In this document: one piece after another, positions 62,274-64,000 of the stretch
Position numbering within the stretch: position 1 is the stretch's first letter
How the letters are laid out: each line of letters begins with the position of its first letter
Assembly: GCF_000315625.1 (NCBI RefSeq)
Contig: NW_005434662.1
Location: 278,307-342,306 of the forward strand
From: Guillardia theta CCMP2712
Taxonomy: Eukaryota; Protista; Cryptophyta
Length of the DNA stretch: 64,000 nucleotides
Direction: 5' to 3'
The notes under the pieces: generated by a model
Seen by the model: only the letters and a program-made list of their open reading frames with translations
Database searches by the model: none
What the model was told of the DNA's origin: nothing
Made by a program: the position numbers and the translations under genes

Positions 62274-64000
62274 ATGGCGGAAGGCAGAAGCATCATGGAG
62301 CGTCTGAGGAAGAGCACCAAAGTGGGGTCCATTCGTCGCGACGATGCTATGATCCGCGAAGCCCTGAACAAGCTCAAGGATGACGGGGATCTCATTGACA
62401 TTCCTCCTCCTCTCAAGTCAGAAATCGTGCACGAGAGCCCGGTGCAGATGACTGATTTCCTCAGGAACTATGTGCCCAAGTACGTGTTCTTGACCGAGGA
62501 CGACCTGATGATTGGGAACTCCGACGGCACTGTGGTCAACCATATCATAAGCCTGAATGACATCACCAGGATCCGTCACTCCAACGTCGACGAGTTCTTG
62601 GAGAGGAGGGCAGAGTACAGCAACACGTTCGAGGAGGAGTGCCTCAGCGACTTTGACGATGCAGTCCTGGAGGTCGTGACAGCGATGTTCAGTAACAGCT
62701 TCGGGAGGTCCTTCTCGTTCAAGTTCCAGGACAAGTCGGAATGCAAGACTTGGATCAAGGAGATGCAGAGCCTGAGGAAGAAGGCTCTGATCAAGGCGCA
62801 CGTGAAGGGGACATCAAGGATACGCACGCTGCAGTACCACCTCAAGCTCTTCTACGACTCCGACTTCCTGCAGTACCTCGTCGCGCTGTTCATCTTCCTC
62901 AATTTCCTCACCAACGTCCTACAGTCCGAAATCTCCCCGACGACCGACAACAGCAAGACGGCCGCGCTCTTTGACAACCTTGACCTGTGCTTCACCGTTA
63001 TCTTCACGGTCGAGCTGGTTGTCAACATGACCGCTAACTGGTTCAAACCGTTCTTCGAGAGCGGTTGGAATTTCTTCGACCTTACAGTCGTGGGCGTCTC
63101 CCTGGTCGCGCTTTTCCTCAACGATGTGCCCGGCCTTTCCCACCTGAGGCTCATGCGAGCTTTCCGTGTCGTGCGCCTCTTCGGCAGGCTCGCCTCCCTC
63201 CGTCAGATTATCAACGCCCTGACGGCCTCGATCCTGCCCGTCTTCAACGCCTACATCATCATGCTGCTCGTCACCAGCATCTACGCCATTGTCGGCGTCA
63301 CCTTCTTCTCCCAGACGAGCCCTGAAAAGTTCGGCACCTTCTCCCTCGCCCTCTTCACGATGTTCCAGGTGGCGACGGGAGATGGGTGGGCGTCGGATAT
63401 CAGCCGGCCCTTGATCTTCCAAGACAACCCGAACTCGATCCTTCCAGATGTCAACATCGCGTCCTCCTTCTTCTTCGTCTCCTTCGTCGTCATCGTCGGC
63501 TGGTCGCTCCTGCAAGTTGTCGTTGCCGTCATGCTCGACAACTTCACTGCCGCTGCCGACAAGGAAAAGAAGAAGATTTTCCAGGAGCAGGAGTACAAGC
63601 ATGGAGAGCCATTCTCCCTTCACGCTCTCGATCCTGTCCTCGAGTCCCTCTCGGCCCACAGCTCGACCGAGCAGTTGACCAGCCGCATCGCTTCCCTTTT
63701 CGCTGCCATCGATGACAACGGCAACGGGACTCTGAGCTTTCCCGAGCTGCGGCAGGGCTTCCAGAAGTTCCCGCTGCTCCCCAAGATCACGCTGAGCAGG
63801 GACGACTTTGACGAGATCACCTGCAACGGGATGATGTGCAACGAGGACGGGGAGGTGACAGAGGACGGCTTCCAAGGGATCATGCGCATGCAGCTAGCGC
63901 TGTACCTGCAGCGGCAGCTCGCCAACGCGATCCACCTGGCGGAGGTGAACGACTCGGAGAACCTGATGATCATGAAGACCCTCAAGATCATGTCGCTCAT
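62274..64000 (+). CDS. Single-domain voltage-gated Na+/Ca2+-type channel (EukCat/CatSper/BacNav-like) with N-terminal PH-like domain and C-terminal EF-hands; truncated by window end
   Basis: Open intronless frame from ATG 62274 (absent from the ORF track because no stop falls in the window). PH-like ..YVFLTEDDLMI..ISLNDI..GRSFSFKFQDKSECKTWIKEMQ; S2 FTVIFTVEL; S3 GWNFFDLTVV; S4 LRLMRAFRVVRLFGRL; pore FTMFQVATGDGWAS; S6 VVVAVMLDNF; EF loop DDNGNGTLSFPE. Confidence 0.92.
   Translation, partial: MAEGRSIMERLRKSTKVGSIRRDDAMIREALNKLKDDGDLIDIPPPLKSEIVHESPVQMTDFLRNYVPKYVFLTEDDLMIGNSDGTVVNHIISLNDITRIRHSNVDEFLERRAEYSNTFEEECLSDFDDAVLEVVTAMFSNSFGRSFSFKFQDKSECKTWIKEMQSLRKKALIKAHVKGTSRIRTLQYHLKLFYDSDFLQYLVALFIFLNFLTNVLQSEISPTTDNSKTAALFDNLDLCFTVIFTVELVVNMTANWFKPFFESGWNFFDLTVVGVSLVALFLNDVPGLSHLRLMRAFRVVRLFGRLASLRQIINALTASILPVFNAYIIMLLVTSIYAIVGVTFFSQTSPEKFGTFSLALFTMFQVATGDGWASDISRPLIFQDNPNSILPDVNIASSFFFVSFVVIVGWSLLQVVVAVMLDNFTAAADKEKKKIFQEQEYKHGEPFSLHALDPVLESLSAHSSTEQLTSRIASLFAAIDDNGNGTLSFPELRQGFQKFPLLPKITLSRDDFDEITCNGMMCNEDGEVTEDGFQGIMRMQLALYLQRQLANAIHLAEVNDSENLMIMKTLKIMSL

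Overview
Eukaryotic nuclear DNA, gene-dense, with many short (~45-60 nt) GT-AG introns, microsatellite-filled longer introns and four N-gaps. Intron size, signal-peptide+Phe (complex-plastid type) presequences and the opsin/channel content point to a cryptophyte alga such as Guillardia theta; this is inference, not a database result. Spliced by hand, the window encodes: a Treslin/TICRR(Sld3) homologue whose last exon resembles a Ty3/Gypsy integrase SH3(GPF)+chromodomain; a sterol-glucosyltransferase-like GT-B enzyme; an NCX Na+/Ca2+ exchanger; a tandem LsrG/ABM-domain protein; two tandem paralogues of a His-rich signal-anchored protein; a coiled-coil+RRM protein; an EF-hand+mTERF protein with a poly-C frameshift; a type-1 rhodopsin with an E-T-S motif; COG1; a CNBD K+ channel; a ~10 kb internally duplicated MORN/PA/Tudor-like/Cys-His protein; an intronless PH + single-domain Nav/Cav-like + EF-hand channel running off the end; and several hypothetical genes. 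Many 5' intergenic regions carry TACCCC/GGGGTA-dense tracts and GC-rich islands built from short palindromic words. No CRISPR array, rRNA, tRNA or intact mobile element was recognised. Exon boundaries are manual predictions.
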